DNA of 64,000 nucleotides from the human T2T-CHM13v2.0 reference genome, Homo sapiens. Location: assembly GCF_009914755.1 (NCBI RefSeq), contig NC_060934.1. One strand, given 5' to 3'. The notes under the pieces are model-generated. The model saw only the letters and a list, made by a program, of their open reading frames with translations, ran no database searches and was not told the origin of the DNA. Made by a program: the position numbers and the translations under genes. Positions 29,800 to 44,556 of the stretch are shown here, piece by piece; the stretch's first letter is position 1; each line of letters opens with the position of its first letter.

Positions 29800-31450
29800 T
29801 AAACCTTGTTATTATGAAAATTGTCAAGCAGAGAAAGTGGTGCAATGGACCCCTTCCCTTAAGATTCAACATTTACCAACCTTTTGCCACAACTGCTTTG
29901 TCGAGTTCTTTAAAAAAAAATTTACTGATATATTTTAAAACAAACCAGTGAAAGATCATATTATTTCCTCCCAAATACATCCTTCTATATGTATCTTCTA
30001 AAACTACTGACACTTTCCTACATAATCACAATATTATTATCACACTTAACAAAATGAGTAGTCATTTTTCAATTTTCCTCAATTTTCTCAAACACCTCGC
30101 TTTTAAAGTTGATTTGTTTGATTCAGGATCAAAAGAATCTGCATACACTGTATGTTGGTTATGTCTCTTTAGGCCTCCTTTAATCTAGAGGAGTCTCCCT
30201 ACCCTACGATAGTCCTATTAGGCATTTTGTTTTGTTGAGACAGTCTCGCTCTGTCGCCAAGGCTGGAGTGCAGTGGCCTGATCATGCTCACTGCAGCCTA
30301 GACCTACTGGGCTCAAGGTATCATTCTCCCACCTGCCGAGTAGCTGGGAGGGCAGGAACACAGCAGGAATGGCAGGAGCCATGCTCCAGCTATTTTTTTT
30401 TTTTTTTTTCTTACAGAGATGGGGTTTTGCCATGTTGCCTAGGCTGTTTTCAAACTTCTGGTCTCAAGCAATCCACCCGCCTTGGCCTCCCAAAGTGCTG
30501 GGATTACAGGCATGAGCCACTGAACATGGCCTGGGTTGTTAAAGAAACTGAATCATTTGTCCTGGTGTAAATCCACTCTTCCAGATTATCCTATTGCTTT
30601 TTAATCATCTACGTTCCTCTTGATAGCCTTTGTAAAGGTTCATTAAACCTACATGATTGATTAGACTTGTTTTCTACTTTTTGGGCAAGAAGATTTCGTA
30701 GGAGGTTTATTAAACTTCAATATTAGATTATAATAAAAGGCCAATAGTGCTTGGTCATTTCACTTGCAGCTACATGAAGTTGGATCAGTGAATTAAGAGG
30801 TAACAATGTAATCCTTTTCCTACAAAGTTTTCAATCAATATTTTGTTAAATGTTTTAGTACACAATGATGATGATTGCCTGAATCAGCTATCTCATTAGG
30901 TTTTTAATAGAATTATTATCCAATTTATTTTTTTCTTTGTATTTATTCCATCTATTAATTGGAATTCTTCTCTGAAAAGCTTTTCCCATATCAGTTAGGA
31001 ATCTGATATACTGTTTATCCTCATTCATTCAAGACAAGCATGATAAATGCTGTTTATTCTTTCCTATTAATTATCAATTTTCAGAGTAAGTAATTGGAGC
31101 ACCAATTGGTGCTTTTGGTGACAAATCAGATTTTTAAAATTTTGCACATTTAAATTTTTTCCACATTTTTTGGTATTATGAATTTGTGGATTTTTATATA
31201 TTCAATATGTTGAGTCAATTTCTTTCTGGGAGCCTCTTTAGGTTGGTTCCTTGTTTCTTCTTGATACAGCCTGTTAGTTGCCAGTAACTCCCTTGTTTTC
31301 TAGACAGTAAGATGCCCAAGGTTTTTCATGTACATTTCCTCCCCTGGACCTAAGATCAGCCATTTCTCAAGTAACCCTTATTTCTTTTAGCCAGAAATGG
31401 TACTAAGTAAGTATGGTCACTGCTATTGGCTTTCTTTGTTTCTAGACATT
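29800..31450 (-). mobile_element. Ancient L1M (MC/ME-like) 3' region, interrupted by AluJ
   Basis: cataatcacaatattattatcacac, gttgatttgtttgattcaggatc, gatcagccatttctcaag motifs; boundaries approximate. Confidence 0.55.
30225..30533 (-). mobile_element. AluJ
   Basis: gatcatgctcactgcagcctagacc, ttgccatgttgcctagg, ctcaagcaatcc (J diagnostics). Confidence 0.88.
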
Positions 31451-32326
31451 TTTAGGAGGAAGAAGTTCAGATAATAATTTTTTAAAATAAATATATTATT
31501 TAACTCACAGTATGCTCTACCTAATCTTGCAGTATTCCCATTTTATTCTAAGGGAGTAGCATATTAAGTTACAAACTACATGTATGATTCTTCAAGAAAG
31601 AATTTTTCATCAAGCGTTTTAGATTGATATTCTCAATTTCCACCTATGTTCATAAAGTCAAAGGGACTTTTTATTATTTTAGGAGGAAGTCAAGGATAAG
31701 AACTTTGCTTATGCAACCAATTGAATTAATCTTTTTCCAGATATCAATAAATATCACAGCCTCCACAGAATTGGTAACTTTCTAAGATATTAAGTATTTA
31801 TATAAAAAGAAAAAAAATATATATTTGTTTGGATGTATAACTTAGTTTGCATTAGAAATTCCTTTCTTATATTAGAATTTAAGGAGATAGAAACCTCATT
31901 TGTGAGTTTTAAAAAACATAGTAAGCTGTAGATTTTTTTTTCACCCAAGCAATTTCCATGTAAGACAGTTGAGGCAAAAGGCTTTGCAATATCCATGTCA
32001 CTCTACTTCTATTAATTTTCGTCTTTGTTAAGACCTTAATTTCATTGCTGGGGTCTCTTCCCTTTGGCCTATAATATTTTTAGTTGGCAGGAAGTGCAGT
32101 AGTTAAGAGTGACTGCTACTGAGTTCTCCTAGAGCAACAAAGGCTCTAGTTTTCTCAGCCATTTGCCCAAATCTCAATCTTCATAGAGGAAATATTAAAG
32201 GAAAAATATGGCACCTTAGAAATTGTCCATTGTGGGAAAAGCAACAGGAAGCTTTTTTCTCTCTGAAAACCTATACATTTTACTTAACCATTTGACTCAA
32301 ACATCTTAGAACTATTCTAAATGTCG

Positions 32327-32651
<325 letters not shown>

Positions 32652-35051
32652 AACTATTCCAAATGTCATTTAACACTGTGGATTTTTATTAACTAGGATC
32701 TTTATTTCAAAGGACAGCCTACATTTCAAGTAAGTAATAACTACCTTGTTTAACAAACAACATCAACAAATAACTTAAAACATATACAAAGAAAGCAAAA
32801 GGCAAATCTTCCTTTTTAGAAGCAAGTACTATAACCAGTTTCCTCTGGATCCCTTCAGAGATTCAAATACAATTAACTTGTATTTAAGTTAAAATTGGTT
32901 GCTTTTTTAAAATGTACGATTTTTAGAGGAGCAGAATGTGGGAAGTAAACAATAATTTGGACGAAACTCCAAGTAGATTTTATAAGATTTCTCTAAATCC
33001 CTTTATGTGCATTGAATAATTATTTTTCTATTTTAAATGTCTATCTAAAAGGTAGCTATTTTGTCTCTTATATTTGGTAAAGATCAAAATGTATGTATTA
33101 AGAATGTAATAAATAACTAGTTCTTTTTAAAGATTTTTTATTTTGTTGTTTTATTTTACATGATAACAGAAAATTCAAACAGTACAATAAAAAATAAAGA
33201 AGAAAACAAAACACCCCCAAGCCTCACCACCAATAACTAGTTCTTAACAGAAATTGCTAAGTTCTATTAGCTGGAAACATAATTTCCTGTTTTTGAAGAT
33301 CGACTATTATTCTATATCATTTATTAGGCCACTGCACATATTCTTATCTGTCTAAATAATTGAAGCTCCTAATAAAAAACAACCCTGTCAACTTAGACCT
33401 AAATGGAGGTGTTTTACCATTTTATTCTTTCTCCACAGTTTCCATGGAAACATGACGGTTATGACAATGCAGGAAGGGAGAATGATGACTGTTATTCAAA
33501 GATAAAAATGATCACAGAACTAAATACTTAGGATTAGTAAGAACTTAAAAAGCACCCTGGAATTAGTATTTGAGTTATTTAAGTAGTGAAGAGAAAATTA
33601 AATACATATTCACCATGTAAGGTAAAACACAGCTAATGTTTTCTCGCTAAAGTTTCCGTTTATGTGGCCTTTGTCTCTGGTTTTAACAATGTGAAGCTAA
33701 ATACCAGAACAGTGTTTGATCAATGAAGTTCAATATTTAAAAAATAGAAAGTAAATTGCAATTTAGCTATCAATGCTAAGAAATTTGAAAAATAATCTTT
33801 TTTCCTGTAATGTTTTACCTATTGACAATATTAAAGCACAATAAAAAGCTATATCCAGGTAATGACATTTTCATTTAAAAAATGAAATGTAGCACAATTA
33901 ACTGTCCCAAAGCATCAGCCACTTGCATCAAGGTAATAAAACAGAACCTTTTACTATCTGAGCTAATTAGTATGAAATAATTAGGGAGACCACCTGAGGG
34001 CTTCCCTTACAGTGACACTTGCTGTATTGAATTACTATGGTCTTATCCACCTCAAATTGAACTCTGAGAAAGTACCAGTTTAACACTTAAGTTAAATGCC
34101 TGAGAGATATTTTACTGAAATGAATGTTTAGATGGTTTTGTGATGAGAAAGAAATAGATCACATCATTTGGTAAACTAGTGTTTTTGGCATAACTCCTAT
34201 ATAAATGAAAATGGAAAGAGAGATGTATGCAAAATGGAATGTCCAGAAAACTCAAAGTGAGCTGGTTTAATGCCACTGCTTTTCATGTTTCCTGTTTTTG
34301 TTTTTTTTTTCTCTTTAGCTCGAATAATATTAGTTTGTTTAGAAGACAACTAGCACCAAAATGAAGGTGTTGCTTTTGAGCATAGCTACCCATTTTATAT
34401 ATTTATTAACCAAAACTATATCTATAATCAAAGAGCATGCATAAGATATCAACCAGCATTCTTAGTGATGTTGGTCCTAATAATTTTGTTAGTTGGATTT
34501 TTCTCTAAGTAGCAGAATTAGAATTGGTTGATGATCCAAGTCTCTGTCTAAACTTCTTGATCTTCTTTTCAACCTATAAATACAGATAGAGTTTATCAAT
34601 GTGTGCTGGGTTCATTATATTACTGGAAGATTGCAAAACACAAGCGTGTTTTTAAAAACCTGCCATTCTTATTTACAACTCTTCAAAATTAAGCTAAGGC
34701 TTTTAAATTTGTTAATTTTTATTTACTTTAGTGATCACTTATAAGTAATACCTCACATTTTTAAGCCCATTCTTACTGACTTCAAATTTTAGAGTGTCCG
34801 AATGACAATCAGTTTTTAATTTTAATTAAATATTTTTATCAATTTTGAATTAATTATATTTATGGATTAATTATCCTAATGGAATCATTTAAATCAAAAA
34901 CTTATAGTCAGATATTTGCCAAGAACATTTTGTGTTAAAATATATGAATTGGATATAGTCAGGAAAAAGTCTAACCCTATGATTTTCATGGTTCAAATGA
35001 GAACTGAAAAAATGGAAATTGATCCCAATTAGTGATGTGTGTAATGGTTGA

Positions 35052-35381
<330 letters not shown>

Positions 35382-37606
35382 AAGAAATTCTTTAAGGATC
35401 ATACTTGAGTCTTGTCTTTGTTAACACCTTAATTACCTAAAAGATGCATTCAAGAAATCTATAATTCAAAATGTAGGTGTTATTCCCTGGGAAGTATTGC
35501 AAACACATGAGAGGAAAAGAATGCACAAAATGGAGCAAGTTGGAAAGGAAATTAATTAAAACATAAATTAGAAAAGCAAGGCTCACCAGCTTGCACCGTA
35601 GTCGTCTGAAACTCATATATTTACCAACAACGAAAGATATTCATTTTGGTTAGATGAAAGCAGGAGGTTTGGGAATTATCTAAGGAGACTCCAGGGTGTG
35701 TGTTAGCTAGTAAATTAGAGGTGAACTTGCTAATGCAGCATTATACTGCAGCAGAAGTAGAGCTGGTATTATTGGGGATTTGTGGGCAGATAGGATCTAT
35801 TAGAAGTAGATAATAATTATATAAATAAAACTTCCCTGGGTGAAGGATTCTCAAAATATTTTATATTATAAAATCCATATTTCAAAACCTCTTTGAAATA
35901 AGTTATTATGATAGTGTCATGCTGAATAAATCTACTATGATTGTATACTAATTATGATATAGACATTAACTAAATAGTAGAAAGTGCTATTTAGTGTAGC
36001 AGTATCTCTAAATCTGTGTTCATCTTAGACAATACTTTAGGCAATAATAATAATAGTAGCCACAATAGTAATAGCAAATGTGATGGAGATGCTCACTTTG
36101 TGCAGGTTCACTACAATTTTATTAGGAAAACACTTGTAGGTTTCCATTTTATAAAGGATGAAGCAGATACAGATAAGTTTTTTTTTCCAGCTTTTGTCTG
36201 GACATTCAGATTTTTTTGTGTATTTCCTCGTAAAGTTAAGTAATCAGTGTTAGATCTCAGAGTTCTAAATTGAACCTTGCTTCATGAGATAATCTCTAAA
36301 GATGCAAAAGAATTGGATCCCTTCATACATTCCACCCCAGCATGAGAAATGAGCTCATGTTGGACTTCAAACATAGGCTGGATAAAAATAAGTAAACATG
36401 TCAACTGAGGACAAGATTATACCAAGTGATTCTACTGCTTGTTGTTTCAAAGCACGTTTTGATATAATCGGAATGATATCAAGAGAATAGAAACATTTAC
36501 TTATGACAAGTGTTATGTCCTTGTGAAGACTATAGAACAAGCTTCATCTGGTATAAGAAAAACTCCGAGGTATAGGTCACAATGCTGCACATGAAGCCAC
36601 CATAAAACGGAGACACTGACATGTTTATTCTGGCTGTTTTCCTTGCTAAATCACAGTCCCACATGGTTAGTCTGTTTGAAAACTTTGAGTAAGTCTTCGA
36701 ATAGCAGCGTGGTCACACTGGGTCAGTATACTTCACTTACACAACTTCAGAGGTGAGAGAGATCTCCAAGTCCAGCTCCTTCATTCTGTAGAAGAGGAAA
36801 CTCTTAGTTATTCTAGAGATGTGGACTTAGTCATCTTAATACCAGACTTTATGGAGACTTAAGAAATATGGCTTTTGAATATTACTATATTCATGGATGA
36901 AATATAGTACAAGTACAAAACTTCTTCCTGCTAGTGACAGGTACTCTGGGATGTTTAATATGCCTTTTCTGGTCACTAGGGTACCATTTAGAGCAGTGAA
37001 GCAGTTGATTTACAATATGGTGCACAGAGGAATGTCTCAGAGCTCCCTTTTACCCACTGGGAGGACACAAAGTAGCATTATTTCATTACTCATGGCAGTT
37101 CATCTTTGAGTATGATTCTATTCACATAATGCTGACAGAAAAATACAAACACAATGTTATAAATGTTCAAATAGTTTATTATATTTTGCCTAATGTATTT
37201 GTGTGACTGAGCTTCTTCATCGTTTTCCACATAGATACTCATTAAAAGTTGAACATCTGTAGTATATGGTTTCGAGAAACTAAATTTGAAAATTGCATCT
37301 CTTAAGGGTATAATTACTTGACTTAATTGGCATGCAGTTTGATAAATATTTGTTCTGTGGAAAGAAATAATTTGTTTGAGAACTTCATTGGTGACTGATA
37401 GACATAGTTTTTATGACTTAGCATCCTGTAATTGAGCCAAAGAAATTGTGTTTACAATGGCATACGCAGTGTAATCTAACTCAAGAGAAAGGAAAAATAG
37501 TAATTTTGTAATGGCCGAGAATGACTTCAGGAAGGAAGAAACAATGAGCAAATAGAATCAGGAAAAACTATAATAATTAGAATGATAATAAAAGTAGTAA
37601 TGACAT

Positions 37607-38025
37607 TATATTAGTTTTCTGTGATTAATGTGACAAATTACCACAAAATGGGTGGTTTAAAATAACAGAAATTTATTCTCTCACACGTCTGGAGCCCAGA
37701 ATTCCTACATTCCTGTCACAGGGCCCAATCAAGATATCAGAAGCACACTTCTTCTGTAGGTTCTGGAGGAGAATCAAGTTCTCTCCTCTTCAGATTCTGG
37801 TGGCTACTGGCATTCCGTGGTTTGTGGTTGCGTCACTCCAATCTTTATCTCTGTCTTTACCTTTCCTTTTGGGGTGTGAGTGTGTGTGTGTGTGTGTGTG
37901 TGCATGTGTGTGTAAGCTCACTCTGTTTCCTTTTCTTAAGCATACTTGAGATAGTATTTAGGGTCTATTTACAGGTTCCAGGAATTAGGACCATCTTTGG
38001 GGAACCATTTTTCAGACTGCCACAG
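37607..38025 (-). mobile_element. MLT1C/D-like LTR containing (TG)n (37877-37912)
   Basis: acaaattaccacaaaatgggtggtttaaaataacagaaatttattctctcac. Confidence 0.8.
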
Positions 38026-41000
38026 AGAAGTTAACTGGCTATGTTAGCACTGCGTATCATGGCCACTTTTGCCTTTCAGACTGCAGAGAATGCTACTTTG
38101 AACACACCCAAGATGACATTTGATGAAGGATGAGATTGGATTCCAACCATCCTTGCTCTTTCTTTTTTTTCCCGATTCTGTTTCAATGTAAGGTTTTTCT
38201 TCCTAGGCTCAATGTAGAGAGCATATTCTTTAAAGTTTTCAGGTATCTTTCCTCACCTTCTAACCCTGACATTTTGACCTAGGCATTTCTTTTAAAGACT
38301 ACTAGGTACTTAATGTATTATCCTCCCTATCGTATTATCCTCCACTCATAGATGAGTGAAGATTCTCCTTGTTCTCTTGGAGAGAAAAAGAAAACCAGTA
38401 GAAATTGCTGAACTCCACATCCCCCTGAATCAAACACATCTTCACTCAAAGATCATACTTGCTATGTATTCTAACCAGACCTCCTAAATTGGCTGCCCTG
38501 GGTTAGAAAATTCCAAAAGGCCACTGACCACTCTCAGCATTACCCATGGAATAACTGTGTTTGTTTATATTTTAGGGAAAATTCCCAAAGAATGTATTCA
38601 CTATCTTCTCATAACTATTATCTGCAGAGATCTTCATGCTGAGACCTAACGCTTCCATAAATAAGAGGTTCAGCTTTGCCGGAGCCCTACAGGAAGAGGT
38701 TATGAAATACTGGGAACTTCTCGAATTTCCCAACCCAAAGCCCCCTCCCTGGATTTACTCCGTGACCCCAGTGCAGATATTTCTCCCTCCAAATAAACGT
38801 ACCTCACATGCATAAGGGAGATTCCGCAGGTCCTTTTTAAGGATGCAGACCTTGGGAAGCAGCAAAGTATTTGTGCTAGGACAACCAGTGGAGCAGTTAC
38901 CAACTCTTTCTCCTACACATCCCTAAAAGCTTTGTAAAATTTATAAGATCATGAAAGAGTAATGTGGACTAATGAATATACCTTTTCAGGACAATTTGTT
39001 GGAATTGAACACTTGGTTTGTGCCAGGCACTGAGCTAAGCATTTTATTTCTATTCTTTCATTTAATCCCTTGAGTTAGGGTCTCCTCATTATTATTATCC
39101 TCATTTTCTTGTTTTTGTTATATTTTGTTTGTTTTTAACTTTTAGTTGCGGGAGTACATGTGCAAGTTTGTTATGTAGGTAAATTGGATTGTGGGCGTTT
39201 GATGTACAAATTATTTCATCACCCAAGTAATAACCATAGTATCTAACAGACAGTTTTGCAATCCTCACCCTCGTCCCACCCTCCACTATCAAACAGGCCC
39301 TGGTGTCTATTGTTCCCTTCTTGGTGTTCATGTATACTTGGTGTTTAGCTGCTACTTATAAATGATAACTGGCAGTATTTGGTTTTCTGTTCCTGCCTTA
39401 GTTCGCTTAGGATAATGGCCTCCAGCTCTATCTTTGCTGTTGCAAAGGACATGATCTCATTCTTTTTATGGCTGCATAATATTCCATAGTGTATACATAC
39501 CACATTTTCTTTATCCAGTTTACCATTGACAGGCATTTAGGTTGGTTCCATGTCTTTGCTATTGTGAATGGTGCTGCTGTGATCATATGTGTGCATATGT
39601 CTTTATGGTAGAACAATTTATATTCCTTTGGGTATATACTCAATAATGGATTTCTGGGTTGAACAGTAGTTCTGCTTTAAGTTCTTTGAGAAATTATCAG
39701 ACTGCTTTCAGCAATGGCTTAACTAATTAACATTCCCACTAGCAGCGTGTAAGTGTTCCCTTTTCACCACAACCTCACCAGCATGTTATTTTTTGACTTT
39801 TTAGTAATAGCCATTCTGACTCGTGTGAAATGATATCTCATTGTGATTTAGATTTGCATTTCTCTAATAATTAATGATGTTGAGCATTTTTTTCTTATGC
39901 TTGTTGGCTGCATGCATGTCTCTTTTGAAAAGTATCTGGTCATGTCCTTTGCCCACTGTTTAATGAGGTTGTATTTTACTTGTTAATTTGTTTAAATTCC
40001 TTATAGATTCTAGATATTAGCTCTTTGTTAGATGTATAGTTTGCAAATATTTTCTTCCATTCTGTAGGTTATCTGCTTACTCTATTGATAGTTTCTTTTG
40101 CTTTGCAGAAACTCTTTAGTTGAATTACGTCCCATTTGCCAGCTTTTGTTTTTGTTGCAATTACTTTTGGTGCCTTCGTTATGAAATCTTTGCCAGTGCC
40201 TATGTCCAGAATGGTATTTCCTAGGTTATCTTCAAAGGTTTTCATACTTCCATGCTTTGCATTTAAGTATTTAATCCATCTTGAGTTGATTTTTGTATAT
40301 AGTATAAGGAAGGGGTACAGTTTCAATCATCTGCATATAGCTAGCCAGTTATTCCAGCACTATTTATTAAATATAGAGTCCTTTCTCCATTGATTGTTTA
40401 CATTCACGTTGTCGAAGATCAAATGTTTATAGGTGTGCAGCTTTATTTCTGGGCTTTTATTCCATTCTATTTGTTTATTTGTCTGTTTTTGTACTAGCAC
40501 CATGCTGTTTTGGTTACTGGATCCTGTAGTATAGTTTGAAGTCAAGTACTGTAATGCTTCTAAGTTTGTTCTTTTTGCTTAGGATTGATGTAGCTACTGG
40601 GCTTTTTTTGGCTCCACATGAATTTTAGAATAGTTTTTTTCCTAATGCTGTGAAGAATATCATTGGTAGTTTGATAGTAATAATACCGAATCTGCAAATT
40701 GCTTTAGGCAGTATGGCCATTTTAATAATATTAATTCTGCCTATTTATGAGCATGTAATATTTTTTCATTTCTTTATGTCATCTGTGATTTCTTTCGGCA
40801 GTGTTGTGTAATTCACTTTGTAGAGATCTTTCACCTCCCTGACTAGATGTATTCCTAGGTATTTTATTTTTTGTGTGGGTGGCTACTGTGAATGGGATTG
40901 CATTCTTGATTTGGCACTCAGCTTGAATGTTGTTGTTATAGAAATGCAACTGATATATGTGCATTGATTTTGTGTCCTGAAACTTTGCTGAAGTTGTTTT

Positions 41001-43139
41001 TCAGATCTAGGAGCTTTCAGGTAGAGACTATGAAGTTTTATAGACGTAAAATCATATTGTCTGCAAACAGAGATAGTTTGACTTCCTCTCTTCCTATTTG
41101 GATGCCTTTCATTTTTTTTTTCTTGCCTGACTGCTCTGGCTATGAATTCCAGTACTATGTTGAATAGGAGTGGTGAGAATTAGCATCTTTGTCTTGTTCC
41201 AGTTCTCAAGGGGAATGCTTCCAGGTTTGGCTTATTCTTTAAGATGCTGTCATAGGTGGCTTTTATTATTTTGAAGTATGTTCCTTCAATGCCTGGTTTG
41301 TCAAGGGTTTTTAACATGAAGGGATATTGAATTTTATCAAAAATCCTTTTTGGCATCTACTGATAAGGTCTTATGGTTTTCGTTTTTAATTCCACTTATG
41401 TGATGAATCACATTTATTGATTTGTATATACTGAACTATCCTTGCATCCCCGTGATAAAGCCTACTTGATCATGGTGGATTAGCTTTTTGATGTGCTGCT
41501 GGTATTTTGTTGAAAATTTTTACATCTATGTTCATCAAGGATATTGGCCTGGTGATTTCTTTTTTGGTTGTGTCTCTGCTAGATTTTGGTATCAGAATGA
41601 TGCTAGCCCCATAGAATGAGTTAGGGAACAGTCCCTCCTCCTCAATTCTTTGGAATAGTTTCCACAGGAATGGTACCACTTCTTCTTTATATATCTTATA
41701 GAATTTGACTGTCAATCCACCTGGGCTTTTTTTTTTGGTTAATGGGCTTTTTATTACTGATTTAATTTTGGAATATATTATGACCTGTTTAGGGTTTCGG
41801 TATCTTCCTCATTCAATCTTGAGAAGTGGTAAGTTTCCAAGAGTTTATCCATTTCTTGTAGCTTTTCTAGTTTGTTTGCATAGAGGTGTTATAATAGTCT
41901 CTGAGGTTTTTGTATTTTTGTGGAGTCAGTGGCATTGTCCCCTTTATCATTTCTGATTGTGTTTATTTGGATCTTCTCTCTCTTTTCTCTAGCTAGTGGT
42001 CTATCATTCTTATTTATTCTTTCAAAGAACTAACTTCTGGTTTTATTGATCTTTATATGGTTTTTCACATCTCAGTTTTCTTCAGTTCAGCTCTGATTTT
42101 GGTTATTCCTTGTCTTCTGCTAGCTTTGGGGTTGCTTTGCTCTTGTTTGTCTAGTTCCTCTAGATGTGATGTTAGGTTGTTAATTTGTGACCTTCTAACT
42201 TTTTAATGTGGCCATTTAGTGCTGTAAACTCTCCTTTTAACCCTGCTTTAGCTGTGTCTCTGTGATTCTGGTATACTGTATCTTTGTTCTCATTAGTTTC
42301 AAATAATTCCTTGATTTCTGCCTTAATTTCATTGTTTAACCCAAAGTAAATCAGGAGCATGTTGTTTAATTTCCATGTAATTGTATGGTTTTAAGTGATC
42401 TTCTTAGTATTGATTTCTATTTTTATTGCATTATGGTCTGAGAGTGTGGTGGATATAATTTCATTTTTTTAAAATTTGTTGAGAATTATTTTATGGTCAA
42501 CTATGTAGTCAATTTTAGAGTATGTGCCATATGCAGATGAGACTAATGTAGATTCTGATGTTTTGGGGTGAAGTGTTCTATAGGTAGATGTCTGTTAGGT
42601 TTATTTCGTCAAGGGTTGAGTTCAGGTCCCGAATATCTTTGTTAGTTTTCTGCCTCAATGATCTATCTAACAAGTGGTGTGTAGAAGTCTCCCACTATTA
42701 TTGTGTGGTTACCTGTTTCTTTGTAGGTCTCTAAGGACTTGTTTTATGAATCTAGCTGCTCATGCATTGGATGCATGTATATTTAGGAGAGTTAAGTCTT
42801 CTTATTGAATTGAACATTTTACCATTATATAATGCCCTTCTTTGCCTTTATTTATCATTGTCGGATTAAAGTCTGTTTTGTCTGAAGTTAGAATAGCAAC
42901 CCATGCTTTTGTTTTGTTTTGTTTTTCATTTACTTGGTAGATTTTTCTCCATCCCTTTACTTTGAGCCAATGAGAGTCATTGCATGTGAGATGGGTCACT
43001 TGAAGACAGCATACAGTTGGGTCTTGCTTCTGTGTGCAACCTGTCGCTTGGTGCCTCTTCATTGTGGCATTTAGCCTGTTTACATTCAAGGTTAATATTA
43101 ATATGTGTGGATTTGATCCTGTCACCATGTTGTTCGCTG

Positions 43140-43140
<1 letters not shown>

Positions 43141-43178
<38 letters not shown>

Positions 43179-43451
43179 TTTTGTTTTTGAGATGGACTCT
43201 TGCTCTGTTGCCCAGGCTGGAGTGCAGTGGCATAATCTCGGCTTACTGCAGCCTCCACCTCCCAGGTTCCAGCAATTCTGCCTCAGCCTCCTGGGTAGCT
43301 GAGATTACAGGCATGTGCCACTTGCCTAGCTAATTTTTTATTTTTAGTAGAGACCATGTTGGCCAGGCTGGTCTCAAACTCCTGACCTCAGATGATCTGC
43401 CCACCTCGGCCTCCCAAAGTGCTAGGATTACAGGTGTGAGCCACTGCACCC
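43141..43451 (-). mobile_element. AluSx with (ATT)n tail and small internal deletion, at the L1 ORF1/ORF2 boundary
   Basis: Alu dimer; agagac|catgttgg lacks ggggtttcac. Confidence 0.9.
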
Positions 43452-43490
43452 AACTGTTAGCTGACTTGATTTTGTAGTTGCTTTATAATG

Positions 43491-44556
43491 CGTTGTGGGA
43501 AGTCAGGGACCCCGAATGGAGGGACTGGCTGAAGCCATGGCAGAAGACCATAAATTGTGAAGATTTCATGGACATTTATTAGTACCCCAAATTAATACTT
43601 TTATAATTTCTTACGCCTGTCTTTACTGCAGTGTCTGAACATAAATTGTGAAGATTTCATGGACATTTATCACTTCCCCAATCAATACTCTTGTGATTTC
43701 CTATGCCGGTCTTTACTTTAATCTCTTAATCCCATCATCTTTGTAAACTGAGGATGTATGTTGCCTTGGGACCCTGTGATGATTGCATGCACAAATTGTG
43801 CACGCAAATTGTGATAAACTGCACAAATTTTTTATAGAGCATGTGTGTTTGAACAATAGGAAATCTGGGCACCTTAAGAACAGGATAACAGTGGTTTTCA
43901 GGGAACAAGGGAGATAAAGTCTGGCTGCCCGTTGGCTGGGCAGGACAGAGCCATATTTCTCTTATTACCGAAAACGGGTAAGAGAAATATCACTGAATTC
44001 TCTCCCAAATAAGGAATATTAATAATTAACAGCCCTGGGAAAAGAATGCATTCCCAGGGCAGGGCTTCTAAAATGGCTGCCCTGGGAGTGTCTGCCTTAT
44101 GCCGATGTAGATAGGGATGAAACACGCCCTAATCTCCTGCAGCGCCCCCAGGTTTGCTAGGATTAGGAAATTCCAGCCTGGTGAATTCTAGTCAGACTAG
44201 TTCTCTGCTCTTGAACCCTGACAATGCGTGCACAGCAGGACGTGGAAGTTCATTAGTGATTCTAGTTTCTCCCTGACCTTCTGCCTTGTGATCTTTTGTC
44301 TCCCTTGAAGCATATGACCTCTGTGACCCACACCCTATTCGTACACTCCCTCCCCTTTGAAAATTGCTAATAAAAACTTGCTGGTTTTATGGCTCAGGGG
44401 GCATCACAGAACCTGCCGATATGTGATGTGTCCCCTGGACACCCAGTTTTAAAACTTTCTCTCTTTTACTCTTTCCCTTTATTTCTCAGACCAGCCAACA
44501 CTTAGGGAAACAGAAAAGAAACCACGTTGAATTATTGGGGGTGAGTTCCCCCAATA
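43491..44556 (+). mobile_element. MER11 (HERV-K HML-8) solo LTR
   Basis: (c)gttgtgggaagtcagggacccc...ttcccccaata; duplicated cataaattgtgaagatttcatggacatttat; AATAAA 44369-44374; perfect 6-bp TSD ataatg (43485-43490 / 44557-44562). Confidence 0.93.

Noticed and set aside
31098-31113. 16-bp perfect palindrome AGCACCAATTGGTGCT
   Set aside because: Isolated, inside a probable ancient L1 remnant, and matches no motif I can support.
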